In this document: piece by piece, positions 17,769-27,368 of the stretch
How positions within the stretch are numbered: position 1 is the stretch's first letter
Layout: every line of letters begins with the position of its first letter
Source of the DNA: Myxococcales bacterium
Lineage (GTDB): Bacteria; Myxococcota; Myxococcia; Myxococcales; Myxococcaceae
Direction of reading: 5' to 3'
Assembly (NCBI GenBank): GCA_030693825.1
Contig: JAUXZV010000023.1
Location: 38,984 to 102,983, forward strand
DNA length: 64,000 nt
The notes under the pieces: generated by a model
Database searches by the model: none
The model's input: the letters and a program-made list of their open reading frames with translations, nothing else
Told to the model about the DNA's origin: nothing
Translations under genes and position numbers: made by a program

Positions 17769-18782
17769 ATGCCCGCCACTGATTGGAAAGAAGTCGTCGC
17801 CCCCAACGAGCGAGCGCTGTTCGACGGCCTCGCTGCCGTGCTGCGTGAGGTGCAGCGCGCCAAAGAGAAGGCGCACGGGAGCGTCAGCCGCGCGCTCCAC
17901 GCGAAGCAGCACGTCGGGCTCAAGGCCGAGGTGACGGTGCGTGACGGGCTACCCGAGTGGGTGCGCGTCGGGCCGTTCGCGGCGCCTGCGACGTTCAAGG
18001 CGTGGCTGCGGCTCTCGAATGGCGGTCCGGTGCACGCGAGCGACAAGGCGCCCGACGTGCGCGGGCTCGCGCTGAAGATGACCGGCGTCGGTGGCACCAA
18101 GCTCATCCCCGGCATGGAGGCCGCCCCCACGATGGACTTCCTGGGCATCCTCACGCAGTCGATGCCGTTCAAGACGCCGGGAGACTTCGTCGGCGTGGTG
18201 CGCGCCGCGAACGGGCCGAAGCTGCTCGCCTTGCCCCGCATTCTGGGAACGCTCGGGCTCGATGCGTTTCGGGTGCTGGGCCTGCTGCAGAAGGGCATGG
18301 CCGAGCGCGTCGACTCGATGGTCGAGCAGCCGTTCTACTCCGTGCTCCCGATTCGCTGGGGCGACGCGGCGGTGAAGTACGGCTTCGTGCCGGTGAATCC
18401 TCCGAAGCCTGCGACGCCGGTGACGAACGAGCACACGCGCTTCGCCGATGACGTGCGCGCGCGCGTGACGGCCGCCCCGCTGAAGTGGGCGCTGCGCATT
18501 CAGCCGTTCGAGAGCGAAGCGCAGACGCCCATCGAAGACCCGACGAAGGTGTGGGAATCGCCGTGGACCGACATCGCCGACGTCTCCGTGCCGGTGCAGG
18601 ACCCGGGGAGCGAGCAGGGCAGGGCGCTGTCGGCGCTCGTCGAGTCTTTCTCGTTCGACCCGTGGCACGCGCCCGTCGAGTTCCGGCCCCTCGGCGCGAT
18701 GATGCGCGCTCGCAGCGCGGCGTACCGCGACAGCACGATCGAGCGAAAAGCCGCGAAGGAGCCGACGCCCGAGCAGTGGTGA
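17769..18782 (+). CDS. Catalase-family (catalase-related domain) protein
   Basis: 337 aa. RALHAKQHVGLKAEVTV resembles the catalase distal-His region. This is a short catalase-like core only. Confidence 0.7.
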   Translation: MPATDWKEVVAPNERALFDGLAAVLREVQRAKEKAHGSVSRALHAKQHVGLKAEVTVRDGLPEWVRVGPFAAPATFKAWLRLSNGGPVHASDKAPDVRGLALKMTGVGGTKLIPGMEAAPTMDFLGILTQSMPFKTPGDFVGVVRAANGPKLLALPRILGTLGLDAFRVLGLLQKGMAERVDSMVEQPFYSVLPIRWGDAAVKYGFVPVNPPKPATPVTNEHTRFADDVRARVTAAPLKWALRIQPFESEAQTPIEDPTKVWESPWTDIADVSVPVQDPGSEQGRALSALVESFSFDPWHAPVEFRPLGAMMRARSAAYRDSTIERKAAKEPTPEQW

Positions 18783-18811
18783 CGCGCTGACGGGGTGCCA
18801 TACTGCCCACC

Positions 18812-19672
18812 GTGACTGACGCATTGAGGCTGACCGACGTACGGCGACGGTTTGGAAAAGCCATCGCCCTCGACGGACTCTCGCTCGCGGTACGGCAGGG
18901 CGAAATCTACGGCTTCCTGGGCCGCAACGGCGCGGGCAAGACGACGACGCTGCGCATCCTCACCGGGGTGCTGCACGCCGACGCGGGAACGGTCGAGCTG
19001 CTCGGCCAGCAGCTGAAGAAGGTGCCCGTCGAGCTGAAGCGCCGCATCGGCTCGGTCTCGCAGGAGCAGCACTTCTACCCGTGGATGACGGGCCGAGAGC
19101 TCGGCCGCTTCGTGAAGGGCTTCTACCCGACGTGGGACCAGCCCGAGTTCGAGCGGCTCGCGAAGCTGCTCGACGTCTCGCTCGACAAACGCGCGCAGGA
19201 GCTCTCCGGAGGCACGCGCACCAAGCTGGGCCTCGCGCTCGCGCTGGCGCCACGGCCTGACCTGCTGCTGCTCGACGAGCCCACCACCGGCCTCGACCCC
19301 GTCGCGCGCCGCGAGTTCAACGACCTCGTCTCCACCATCGTGAAGGAGCGCGGCTGCACCGCCTTCCTGTCCTCGCACCTCGTCGACGAGGTGCAGCAGG
19401 TGGCCCACCGCGTCGGCATCATCCAGTCGGGGAAGATGCGCATCGAGGGTGAGGTGCCGTGGCTGCTCGAGTCGGTGAAGCGGGTGAAGCCGCCTCAGCT
19501 GCTGCCCGAGCTCCTCCCCGGCTTCGAGGTGGTGCGTGGAGACGTCTGGCGCGCGACGCCGGAAGTCTGGAGCGCCACGCCGTTTCCCGAGGGCACCGTC
19601 ATCGAGCCGCTCAGCCTCGAAGACGTCTTCCTCGCCTTCGCACGCACCGACGCGCTCGCCACTGCGGCATGA
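18812..19672 (+). CDS. ABC transporter ATP-binding protein
   Basis: GTG start, 286 aa. Walker A GRNGAGKTTT, signature LSGGTRTKL and Walker B LLLLDEPT are all present. Confidence 0.9.
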   Translation: MTDALRLTDVRRRFGKAIALDGLSLAVRQGEIYGFLGRNGAGKTTTLRILTGVLHADAGTVELLGQQLKKVPVELKRRIGSVSQEQHFYPWMTGRELGRFVKGFYPTWDQPEFERLAKLLDVSLDKRAQELSGGTRTKLGLALALAPRPDLLLLDEPTTGLDPVARREFNDLVSTIVKERGCTAFLSSHLVDEVQQVAHRVGIIQSGKMRIEGEVPWLLESVKRVKPPQLLPELLPGFEVVRGDVWRATPEVWSATPFPEGTVIEPLSLEDVFLAFARTDALATAA

Positions 19673-21483
19673 GACGCATCGTCCTCAAGGAGTTGCGTGA
19701 GCACGGCTGGGTCCTCTCCGTGCTCTTCGTCCTCTTCGGCTTGGGCCTCGCCGTGTCGCTCAACCGCGGTGACGAAGAGGGCGGCCGCTTCTCGGCGCTG
19801 AAGGACTTCCTCCTCACCTACGGCCTCGTCGCGGCGCTCGTCGCCGGCAACCGCCTCGTGGTGCGCGAGTACACCGGCAAGACGCAGCTGTTCCTCGAGG
19901 TGCTGCCCATCAGCCGGCTACGCGTCGCGCTGGCGAAGTGGCTCTTCGGGTGGGGCTGGGTGTCGCTCGCGGCCGCGTCTGCCTGGGGCGCGACGTGGTG
20001 GTGGCAGGCGCGCACGCTGCCAGTGCCGTTCGAAGACGCGCTCCACGCGCTGGTGCCTGCGCTGCTGTGGCTCACCACGTTCTGGTCGACGTGCTTCGTC
20101 GCGGGCCTGCTCGGGCGTTACCGGCTGCTCTTCTGGGTCGTCTTCGGGTTGCTGCTCTACGCGCTCGACGAGGTCGGTCAGGTACAGGTGATGGAGACGC
20201 CGCCGTTCCACATCGTCTCCGAAGCCCTCGCCGTCGCGAACGCGTGGCCCGCCACCATCGACGTCGTCGCCTGTCTCGTCATCACGGCGCTGGGCCTGGG
20301 GCTGGGGCTGCTGCTCGCGACGGCCGGCGAGGGCAGCATCGCCGCGACGCTCTCGGGCCGCATGACGTCACGCGAGCGAATCCTCTCGTTCAGCGTGGTG
20401 CTCGTCGGCTTCATGCTCTTCAGCGTGCTGACGCGGCATCGAGACCGGCCCGCGTTCGCGCTCGAGTCGGTGACGCCGAAGGACTCTCCCGTGGGGCCCA
20501 TCGGCGTGTTGCCCGGAGACGGCGTGAGCGACGAGGTGGCGGAGGCGCTGGTCGAGTCGATGGCCGTCGACGTCGTCACCTTCGTGCAGGCGATGCAGTA
20601 CCCGAAGCTGGCCGGCGTCTACGTGGTGTCGCAGCGAGGGCTCGACCCCGACGTGATGCTCCGCGTGCCGCTGGGAGAGAAGGACGGCATCGTCTACCGC
20701 GCGAACCTCGCCGACCCGCGCTTCGACGCCATCAACCTGCGCTACCGCATCCTCCACTCCATCGTCGGTGACGTGACGGCGTCGCGGGCGCTGGAGGAGG
20801 ACCGGCACTGGCTGCTCGACGGCTTCGCCTCGTACTGGACGGTGCGCGGAGATGCCGACGCCCGTGCGCTGCTGAGGAAGCGCGCGGCGGCCTCGCCCAT
20901 CGGGCTGACGGTCGAGTCGGTGCAGCGATGGAACGAGACGTTCGAAGCGGCGGGCGACTGCTTCGGCATGGGCATCAGCTTCACCCTGGTCGACGCGCTC
21001 ATCGACGAGCTCGGCGAGGCGCAGGTCATCGAGCTGGCCCGGAGCACCTTCGTGAAGCCGCACCGCGACCTGCGAGACATGCTCTTCGAGAAGAAGCTCG
21101 TCGCGATGCTCGCTGAGAAGAAGGTGCCCTTCGAAGCGCTGGTGGCGCGCGCTGATGCGGCTCGCCGCAACGCGGGTGGTTCGCTCGGGTACGAGGGCGG
21201 AGTCGAGCTGGTGCCGCAAGGTGGCGGGCAGACCCGGCTGAGGTTCTCCCTGACGAAGCACGGTGAGCCGGTGTCTCGGTGGCGCGGGCTCACGGCGTCG
21301 ACCGGCCCCTGGCAGCAGGGCATCGGTGACAGCGAAGCGGCCCGCGTCGACGCGCGCGGCGGCGAGGCGATGGCGGCGTCGACGTTCTCGTCTGGCGAGC
21401 GGCTCTTCGTGGCCATCGAGGTCGACGACCCCGAGCTGAAGTGCAGCGCGCGCGTGCTGCAGTCGTGGCGGGTGCTCCCGTGA
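19669..21483 (+). CDS. ABC-2 type permease fused to a large extracytoplasmic domain (degenerate peptidase-like)
   Basis: Start overlaps the ATPase stop (ATGA). 604 aa with about seven N-terminal TM helices, then a ~300-aa soluble domain. It is a paralog of the next gene but lacks a clean HExxH motif. Confidence 0.7.
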   Translation: MRRIVLKELREHGWVLSVLFVLFGLGLAVSLNRGDEEGGRFSALKDFLLTYGLVAALVAGNRLVVREYTGKTQLFLEVLPISRLRVALAKWLFGWGWVSLAAASAWGATWWWQARTLPVPFEDALHALVPALLWLTTFWSTCFVAGLLGRYRLLFWVVFGLLLYALDEVGQVQVMETPPFHIVSEALAVANAWPATIDVVACLVITALGLGLGLLLATAGEGSIAATLSGRMTSRERILSFSVVLVGFMLFSVLTRHRDRPAFALESVTPKDSPVGPIGVLPGDGVSDEVAEALVESMAVDVVTFVQAMQYPKLAGVYVVSQRGLDPDVMLRVPLGEKDGIVYRANLADPRFDAINLRYRILHSIVGDVTASRALEEDRHWLLDGFASYWTVRGDADARALLRKRAAASPIGLTVESVQRWNETFEAAGDCFGMGISFTLVDALIDELGEAQVIELARSTFVKPHRDLRDMLFEKKLVAMLAEKKVPFEALVARADAARRNAGGSLGYEGGVELVPQGGGQTRLRFSLTKHGEPVSRWRGLTASTGPWQQGIGDSEAARVDARGGEAMAASTFSSGERLFVAIEVDDPELKCSARVLQSWRVLP

Positions 21484-23453
21484 CGAAGACGCTGCTCCTC
21501 AAGGAGCTCCGAGCGCTGCGGCCGTACCTCGTCTTCGCCGTCGTCCTGATGGGCGCGACGGTGTTCGACGTCGTGGTGACCGAGTCTGCGTTCCGCTCGC
21601 TGGCGGAGACGTTCTCCTCTGTCGCGTCGATGCCGCTGCCGCTCATCTTCGGCATCGTGGCGCTGGCGCTCGGCACTGGCGTCTCGGTGAAGGAGCGCGA
21701 TGAAGGCACGCTCGCGTTCCTCGATGCGTTGCCGGTGACGCGCAGCCGCGTCTTCTTCGTGAAGCTGCTGGCCGCGATGCTGGTGCTGTCGGCGTTTCCG
21801 TTCTTTCAGCTCGGCTGGGCCGTCTTCGAGCACGCCTTCGCGCGAGGCAGCCTCGATGCGCCGTTTCACTGGAACATCCTGCTGGGTGCGTTCCTCATGC
21901 AGCTGCAGTTGATGGCCACGTTCCTGGCGGCTGGCACGCTGCTGGGCTTCGCGCGGAGCCTCACGTGGATGCTGGTCGGCGTCGTCGCGGCGGGCCTGCA
22001 GCGGCTCATTCACTTCGTGCCGCGGCTGGCCATGCTCGACCCGCTGCGGCTGGTGGAGTCGGGCGTCGAGGGCGTCAGGTGGAACTACGAGCTCGAGGTC
22101 ATCGGCGCCCAGGCGGCGATCGCGACGGCGTGCACGCTCGTCTCGTGGGGCCTGTTCGTTCGCGCGGGCCGCAGCCGCTCCATCACCGTGAACCGGCCCG
22201 TCGTCGGAGCCCTCGTCACCTTGCTGACCCTCGGCGCCATCGTCTGGGCGCTCGCGCTCTGGTGGAAGACGGACTCGGGCGGCAGCGCGACGTCGAACGA
22301 GCCCGACCTCGAGAACGTCCCCGAGTCGGCCCCGGCAAGCACCACCACCGCGCACTACGAGTTCAGCTACCCGAGCATCGAGTCGAAGGCCGCGCTCGAG
22401 CTCGCCGAGAAGGCTGACGCGACGTTCGTGCAGGTGAGCGAGCTGCTCGGCGCCGACGGTGGCACGCCCATTCTCGTCGACCTCTCGGGCTCGATGCGGA
22501 ACACCGTGGGCACCGCCTTCATGGACCGCATCCGCATGCGCGCCGATGACGAAGCCGTCGCGACGTTGGCGCACGAGACCAGCCACGTCGTCGCCCGCCG
22601 GCTCATCGGAGAAGAGGGCTTCAGGCGCTGGTCGAACGCGCGGGTGCTCGACGAGGGCCTGGCGTCGTGGGTCGAAGGCCACTTCCTCACGCACCCCGAC
22701 GAGGAGCAGCTGGTGCTCGCGGCGCTCCTCGACCGAAACGAGCTGCACCTCACCGACATCATCGACTTCGAGACCTTCACTCGGAACGGGGACGACGACC
22801 TCAAGTACGTCATCGGCCGCGGGCTCATCGACGCGATGGTGAAGCGGTACGGGCCCACGTCGATTCACAAGCTGCTCCGCGCGTTCGGGGACGAGCAGCT
22901 GCCGCCGAAGCTGGGCGGTGCGGCGTTGTGGCAGGCGACGTTCCAGCTGGCGGGCATGGACCTGTCGCTCGTCGCCGACGACTTCTTCGCGGCGGTCGAG
23001 AAGACGCTCGAGGCACGACGCGCGCTGGTCGATGCGCTCCCGCGGCCGCAGACGAAGCTGGTGACGCAAGACGAGTGGTACGGCATCGAGGTGTCAGCCG
23101 AGCCAGCAGAGGAGTACCCGAGGCTCGTGCTCCGCTATCGGCCGGGGCCCGAGAGCTCGCTCGACGAGTACGACCGCACGTGGGTTCGCAACGGTGACGT
23201 CTCGTGGCGAGAGAACGAGCTCATTCAACGGCGGCGGTTGTGTTTCCAGGCGGGGCTGCAGCTGAGCCGCAAGGCGACGCTCTTCGAGCCGTGGACGTGT
23301 CTGCCGTTGAGCGCTGCCGCGCCCCATGTGCCGCGCGAAGAGCCCGTCGAGCCGGACGTGGAGACGTTCGACTTCGATGGCGGCGCAGTCATCGAAGCCG
23401 AGAGTGGTGACGGTGGTGCGCCCGACGAACTCGTGCTGCCCGACGCGGGTTGA
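21480..23453 (+). CDS. ABC-2 type permease fused to a gluzincin-like (HExxH, M1-like) extracytoplasmic domain
   Basis: GTGA overlap with the upstream gene. 657 aa with N-terminal TM helices. The C-domain carries TLAHETSHVVARR...DEGLASW (HExxH plus a downstream Glu). Confidence 0.7.
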   Translation: MTKTLLLKELRALRPYLVFAVVLMGATVFDVVVTESAFRSLAETFSSVASMPLPLIFGIVALALGTGVSVKERDEGTLAFLDALPVTRSRVFFVKLLAAMLVLSAFPFFQLGWAVFEHAFARGSLDAPFHWNILLGAFLMQLQLMATFLAAGTLLGFARSLTWMLVGVVAAGLQRLIHFVPRLAMLDPLRLVESGVEGVRWNYELEVIGAQAAIATACTLVSWGLFVRAGRSRSITVNRPVVGALVTLLTLGAIVWALALWWKTDSGGSATSNEPDLENVPESAPASTTTAHYEFSYPSIESKAALELAEKADATFVQVSELLGADGGTPILVDLSGSMRNTVGTAFMDRIRMRADDEAVATLAHETSHVVARRLIGEEGFRRWSNARVLDEGLASWVEGHFLTHPDEEQLVLAALLDRNELHLTDIIDFETFTRNGDDDLKYVIGRGLIDAMVKRYGPTSIHKLLRAFGDEQLPPKLGGAALWQATFQLAGMDLSLVADDFFAAVEKTLEARRALVDALPRPQTKLVTQDEWYGIEVSAEPAEEYPRLVLRYRPGPESSLDEYDRTWVRNGDVSWRENELIQRRRLCFQAGLQLSRKATLFEPWTCLPLSAAAPHVPREEPVEPDVETFDFDGGAVIEAESGDGGAPDELVLPDAG

Positions 23454-23701
23454 GGTGTCGTCAGCCTTCGATGACTTGGACGTCACGCTGACCATGCCTC
23501 CGCTCGTCGTCAGCTCGCAGCGCAGCCTGGTGCTGCTCGAAGCTCTGGTCCGGGCGCGCTGAAGTTCCGCGCACTCGGGTGACCGACGACCGTCCTTCAC
23601 CTCGAGTCCACGCGCCTGCGCGCCCGTCGACCGACCTCTCCGCGTTCAGCAGACTTTCCACCATCACGCGCGGCCCCCAGGCCGACGCGAACGAGATCCC
23701 T

Positions 23702-25684
23702 ATGTCCTCCACCCTGAAGAGAACCCGCTTGTTCGGCGTGCTCGCGCACGTCGACGCAGGCAAGACCACCGTGAGCGAGCGCATGTTGTTCGCGAGCGGC
23801 CGCATTCACCGCATCGGTGAGGTGCACCACGGCACCACCACCCTCGACCACGGCGCCGAAGAGAAGAAGCACGGCATCACCATCTCTTCGGCGGCGTCTT
23901 CTTTCACCTGGCAGCCCGCCGGGCTGGACGAACATCACCTCACGCTCATCGACACCCCGGGGCACGTCGACTTCGCCATCGAGGTCGAGCGGGCGCTGCG
24001 GGTGCTCGACGGCGCCGTGGTGGTGCTCGACGCAGGCCGAGGCGTGGAGCCGCAGACCGAGAGCGTGTGGCGCCAGGCCGATCGGCACGGTGTTCCGCGC
24101 GTCGTCTTCATCAACAAGCTCGACGCTCCAGGCGCGTCGGTGGAGCGCTGCCTCACCGACCTCGAAGAGCGTCTCGGCGCGCATCCCCTGTTGCTTCAGT
24201 GGGTGCGGGCCGACGGCACCATCGTCGACGTCATCGAGCGCCAGGCCCTGCACTTCGGGCCTGATGGCACGGTGTCGCGCTCGCCAGCCGATGAGGCCGA
24301 GCGACGGGAGCTTCTCGTTCAACGGCTCGCCGAGCTCGACGTCGAGGTGATGGACGCGTGGGCGCGCGATGAAGACGTCTCGTCATCGACGCTCCACGAG
24401 GCGGTTCGCCGGCTCACCTGCGCAGGGCAGCTCGTCCCAGTGCTCTGTGGCGCGGCGCTCAAGAACCGGGGCGTTCCTCCGGTGCTCGACGCCGTCGTTC
24501 GCTACCTGCCGTCACCTGAAGACCGGGTGCTTCCGAGCGGTCTTCGCGCGGTGGAAGACGCAGCGCCGTGTGGCTTCGTCTTCAAGACCGACGTCGACGC
24601 GCACGTGGGCAGCCTGGCCTGGGTCCGCATGTTCCAGGGCACGGTGCGGCCAGGTGACTCGCTCGTGGTGCGACCGTCGCAGCGGCGGGAGCGCGTCGCG
24701 CGGGTGCTCGGTCTTCATGGTGGCCACTTCGAGCCGATGACGGCGCTCGGGCCCGGCGGCATCGCTGCGCTCGTGGGGCTGAAGTCTGCGCGCACGGGTG
24801 ACACCGTGACGTCGGAGTCGCTCGACGTCGTCTTCGAGAAGCTCTCGACGGTCGAGCCGGTCGTTCAGCTCGCGTTGTCGGCGAAGTCGACCGAGGAGCA
24901 GACGAAGCTCGGTGAAGCGTTGCGGCGCGCGTGCCTCGAGGATCCATCGCTCCAGGTGCGCGTCGACGGCGAGACGGGGCAGACGGTGCTGTGCGGCGTG
25001 GGAGAGCTGCACCTCGCCATCTGGCTCGAGAAGCTGTCGCGGCGTGAGGGGCTCGAGGTGAGGGCCTCGGCGCCGGCGGTCTCGTATCGCGACACCATCA
25101 CCGGCGAGGCACAGGTGACGTACCGGCACGTTCGACAGAACAGCGGCCCGGGCCAGTTCGCGGTGGTGACGGTGAAGGTCGCGCCGTCACCCGCTGGTGC
25201 TGGGGTTTCGTTCGTCGATGACGTCGAGCGCGGCGTCATTCCTGCCGAGTTCATTCCCGCGGTGGAGCGGGGCGCACGCGCGGCGCTGGAGCGTGGCGTG
25301 CGTGAGGGCGTGCCGGTCGTCGACGTCGAGGTGACGTTGCTCGACGGGCTCACGCACTCGGTGGACTCGAGCCCGATGGCGTTCGAGGTGGCAGCGTCGC
25401 TGGCCGTGCAGCAGGCGGTAGAGCGCGCGGGCCTGTGCCGGCTCGAGCCCGTCGCGCGTGCACAGGTGACGGTGCCGGAGTCGTTCCTGGGCCCGGCGCT
25501 CGGCGAGGTGTCGTCGCGTCGTGGCACCGTGCAGGGCGTGTCGACGGTGGGGCCCGTGTGCGTCATCGAGGCGCGGGTGCCCATCGCGCGCACGTTCGGC
25601 TTCGTGACGAGTCTGCGAAGTCGAACCGAAGGGCGCGGCTCGGTGTCGCTGAGTCACGCCGGCTTCGAGCCGGTGAAGCCGTAG
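23702..25684 (+). CDS. Elongation factor G-like translational GTPase (EF-G paralog)
   Basis: 660 aa. G1 AHVDAGKTT, G3 DTPGHVDF and G4 NKLD motifs are present, followed by EF-G domains II-V. Confidence 0.85.
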   Translation: MSSTLKRTRLFGVLAHVDAGKTTVSERMLFASGRIHRIGEVHHGTTTLDHGAEEKKHGITISSAASSFTWQPAGLDEHHLTLIDTPGHVDFAIEVERALRVLDGAVVVLDAGRGVEPQTESVWRQADRHGVPRVVFINKLDAPGASVERCLTDLEERLGAHPLLLQWVRADGTIVDVIERQALHFGPDGTVSRSPADEAERRELLVQRLAELDVEVMDAWARDEDVSSSTLHEAVRRLTCAGQLVPVLCGAALKNRGVPPVLDAVVRYLPSPEDRVLPSGLRAVEDAAPCGFVFKTDVDAHVGSLAWVRMFQGTVRPGDSLVVRPSQRRERVARVLGLHGGHFEPMTALGPGGIAALVGLKSARTGDTVTSESLDVVFEKLSTVEPVVQLALSAKSTEEQTKLGEALRRACLEDPSLQVRVDGETGQTVLCGVGELHLAIWLEKLSRREGLEVRASAPAVSYRDTITGEAQVTYRHVRQNSGPGQFAVVTVKVAPSPAGAGVSFVDDVERGVIPAEFIPAVERGARAALERGVREGVPVVDVEVTLLDGLTHSVDSSPMAFEVAASLAVQQAVERAGLCRLEPVARAQVTVPESFLGPALGEVSSRRGTVQGVSTVGPVCVIEARVPIARTFGFVTSLRSRTEGRGSVSLSHAGFEPVKP

Positions 25685-25709
25685 TCAATCAGTCAGTCGT
25701 CAGTCAGGT

Positions 25710-25740
25710 GGCCGCCAGAGGAATCGCATCTCTGGCGGCC
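25710..25740. terminator. Perfect 11-bp stem / 9-nt loop hairpin between convergent genes; candidate bidirectional terminator
   Basis: ggccgccagag-gaatcgcat-ctctggcggcc was read directly. It is preceded by a TCAG-rich run (tcaatcagtcagtcgtcagtcagg) and followed by tgtctttc. Confidence 0.5.
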
Positions 25741-25749
25741 GCGTGTCTT

Positions 25750-27273
25750 TCAGCGCTGCACCGCGACGCCTTGCGCCTGGTCCGTCGGCTCGCTCCCGAA
25801 GTCGATGACGACGCCTTGATTCGCCGCCGTGCCGTTCATCGCGTCGAGCTGCACGCGGAACAGCTCGGTGACGCCGGTGATGAAGACCGAGCCCTTCTGC
25901 GGGCCGCGTTCGATGAGGTCGCTCGTCGAGCCCAGCGGAAGGCCGGTGACCGCAGTGCCGAGCGCGATGCCGGCCGGGGTGATGACCACCGGCGTCGCGC
26001 GATTGCGGAACGGTTGCGAGACGAGCGCCACCGAGCGCGTACCGTCGGAGTCCGGGTGGAAGACGATGTCCGCGGGCTCCGCGATGATGGTGTTGCGCGT
26101 CACCAGCGCCGAGCTGTTCGCGCCAAGGGTGATGAGGCCCAGGCCGGGCATGAAGGCTTCATCAGAGACGAGCACGAAGCCTGCCTTCGGGGCGACGGCG
26201 AACCCCGCGGGTGTGCCGGTGACGACGGGCGTGATGTGCGTGCGCGCGGCGTCGTACGGGTCGATGACCATCACGCGCTCGGGCCTGTTCTGCAGGCCCG
26301 GTGACACCGGCAACACCACGCGCCCGGTCTCGCGGTCGACGTCGAGCTGGAGCGCCGGCCCGGGAATCTCGGCGACCTGTATCGCGGTGCCGAGGGTGGC
26401 GAGATCCTCCGAAGGCGTGAAGCGCCACAGCGTGTAGTCCGACGACCCTGACGGCGCCGAGCCCACCACCCAGAGGTGCCGGCCGTCGTGGCTGAAGCGC
26501 GCGTCGATGACCTCACCGCGAGGCGGACGAATGCCCGTGTGCAGCACGCGCGCGTTCACCGGGTTCGCGTCGAGCGGTGTCTCGATGATGGAGAAGGCGC
26601 CACCCGTGTCGGCGACGACGACGGTCGCTCGGCCGTGCGGCGCGGCGCGGTGCAGCTTCGGCCCGGGGCCTGCCTGCAGGCGACGCACGCCGGTGAGGTC
26701 GACGCCATTCCACTGGCCCACGCTGAGCTCGGTGTGCCGAGCCGTGACGCCGCCGCCGTCGAGACCGACGAGCGGGTGCCCGATGGTGATGAGCCGGGCC
26801 GTGGCCGGGTCGTTCCTCACGTTCGCCGTCGCGCGCCCGAGCACCATGCCGCCGCTCACCACCTCGAGCTGCACGGGCCCATCGGCGTCGACGTCGTCGA
26901 ACGACTGCCACGTCAGCTCGCCGCTCCCGCCGTCGCGGGTACTGCCGCGCAGGAGCGTCGCCGTCTTCGTCCCGCCGTCGCTGCGCACCCGGAGCTCCCA
27001 CGTGTCGACAGGCGCCGTGACGCTCACGGCGATGGGCCCGCGGCGCGGCGCTGCGGACACGGTGACGCTGGCGGTGTCGATTTCTCCGCCGCCAGCCTGA
27101 CCTCCTGCCATCGCGCCGCCACCGGTGCCTGACGTCCCGCCGCCGCTCGAGCCGCCAGCGACGGAGCCTCCACCAGCGCCGCCCTGGCCGCTGTCCGGCC
27201 GCGTGGTGCCAACGAGGATGGGCGTGCCGCAGCCGGCGGTGACGACGAAGACGCTGACGAGAAACGTGCGCAT
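25750..27273 (-). CDS. Hypothetical secreted lipoprotein (Gly-rich linker, probable beta-rich domains)
   Basis: 507 aa with MRTFLVSVFVVTAGC lipobox. The antisense frames are Arg-rich artefacts. Confidence 0.55.
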   Translation of the reverse strand: MRTFLVSVFVVTAGCGTPILVGTTRPDSGQGGAGGGSVAGGSSGGGTSGTGGGAMAGGQAGGGEIDTASVTVSAAPRRGPIAVSVTAPVDTWELRVRSDGGTKTATLLRGSTRDGGSGELTWQSFDDVDADGPVQLEVVSGGMVLGRATANVRNDPATARLITIGHPLVGLDGGGVTARHTELSVGQWNGVDLTGVRRLQAGPGPKLHRAAPHGRATVVVADTGGAFSIIETPLDANPVNARVLHTGIRPPRGEVIDARFSHDGRHLWVVGSAPSGSSDYTLWRFTPSEDLATLGTAIQVAEIPGPALQLDVDRETGRVVLPVSPGLQNRPERVMVIDPYDAARTHITPVVTGTPAGFAVAPKAGFVLVSDEAFMPGLGLITLGANSSALVTRNTIIAEPADIVFHPDSDGTRSVALVSQPFRNRATPVVITPAGIALGTAVTGLPLGSTSDLIERGPQKGSVFITGVTELFRVQLDAMNGTAANQGVVIDFGSEPTDQAQGVAVQR

Positions 27274-27368
27274 GGCGGGAGCGTCTAGCGCACCGGTGAG
27301 CGTTGTCGGCGTCTCTGAAACGGCACACTGCGGAACACTCGGCCGGGGAGTGATGTTCTGATGACTGC

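Noticed and set aside
20742-23069. 775-aa minus-strand ORF spanning both permease genes
   Set aside because: Arg/Glu/His-rich antisense artefact. The plus-strand genes have TM helices, HExxH and translational coupling.
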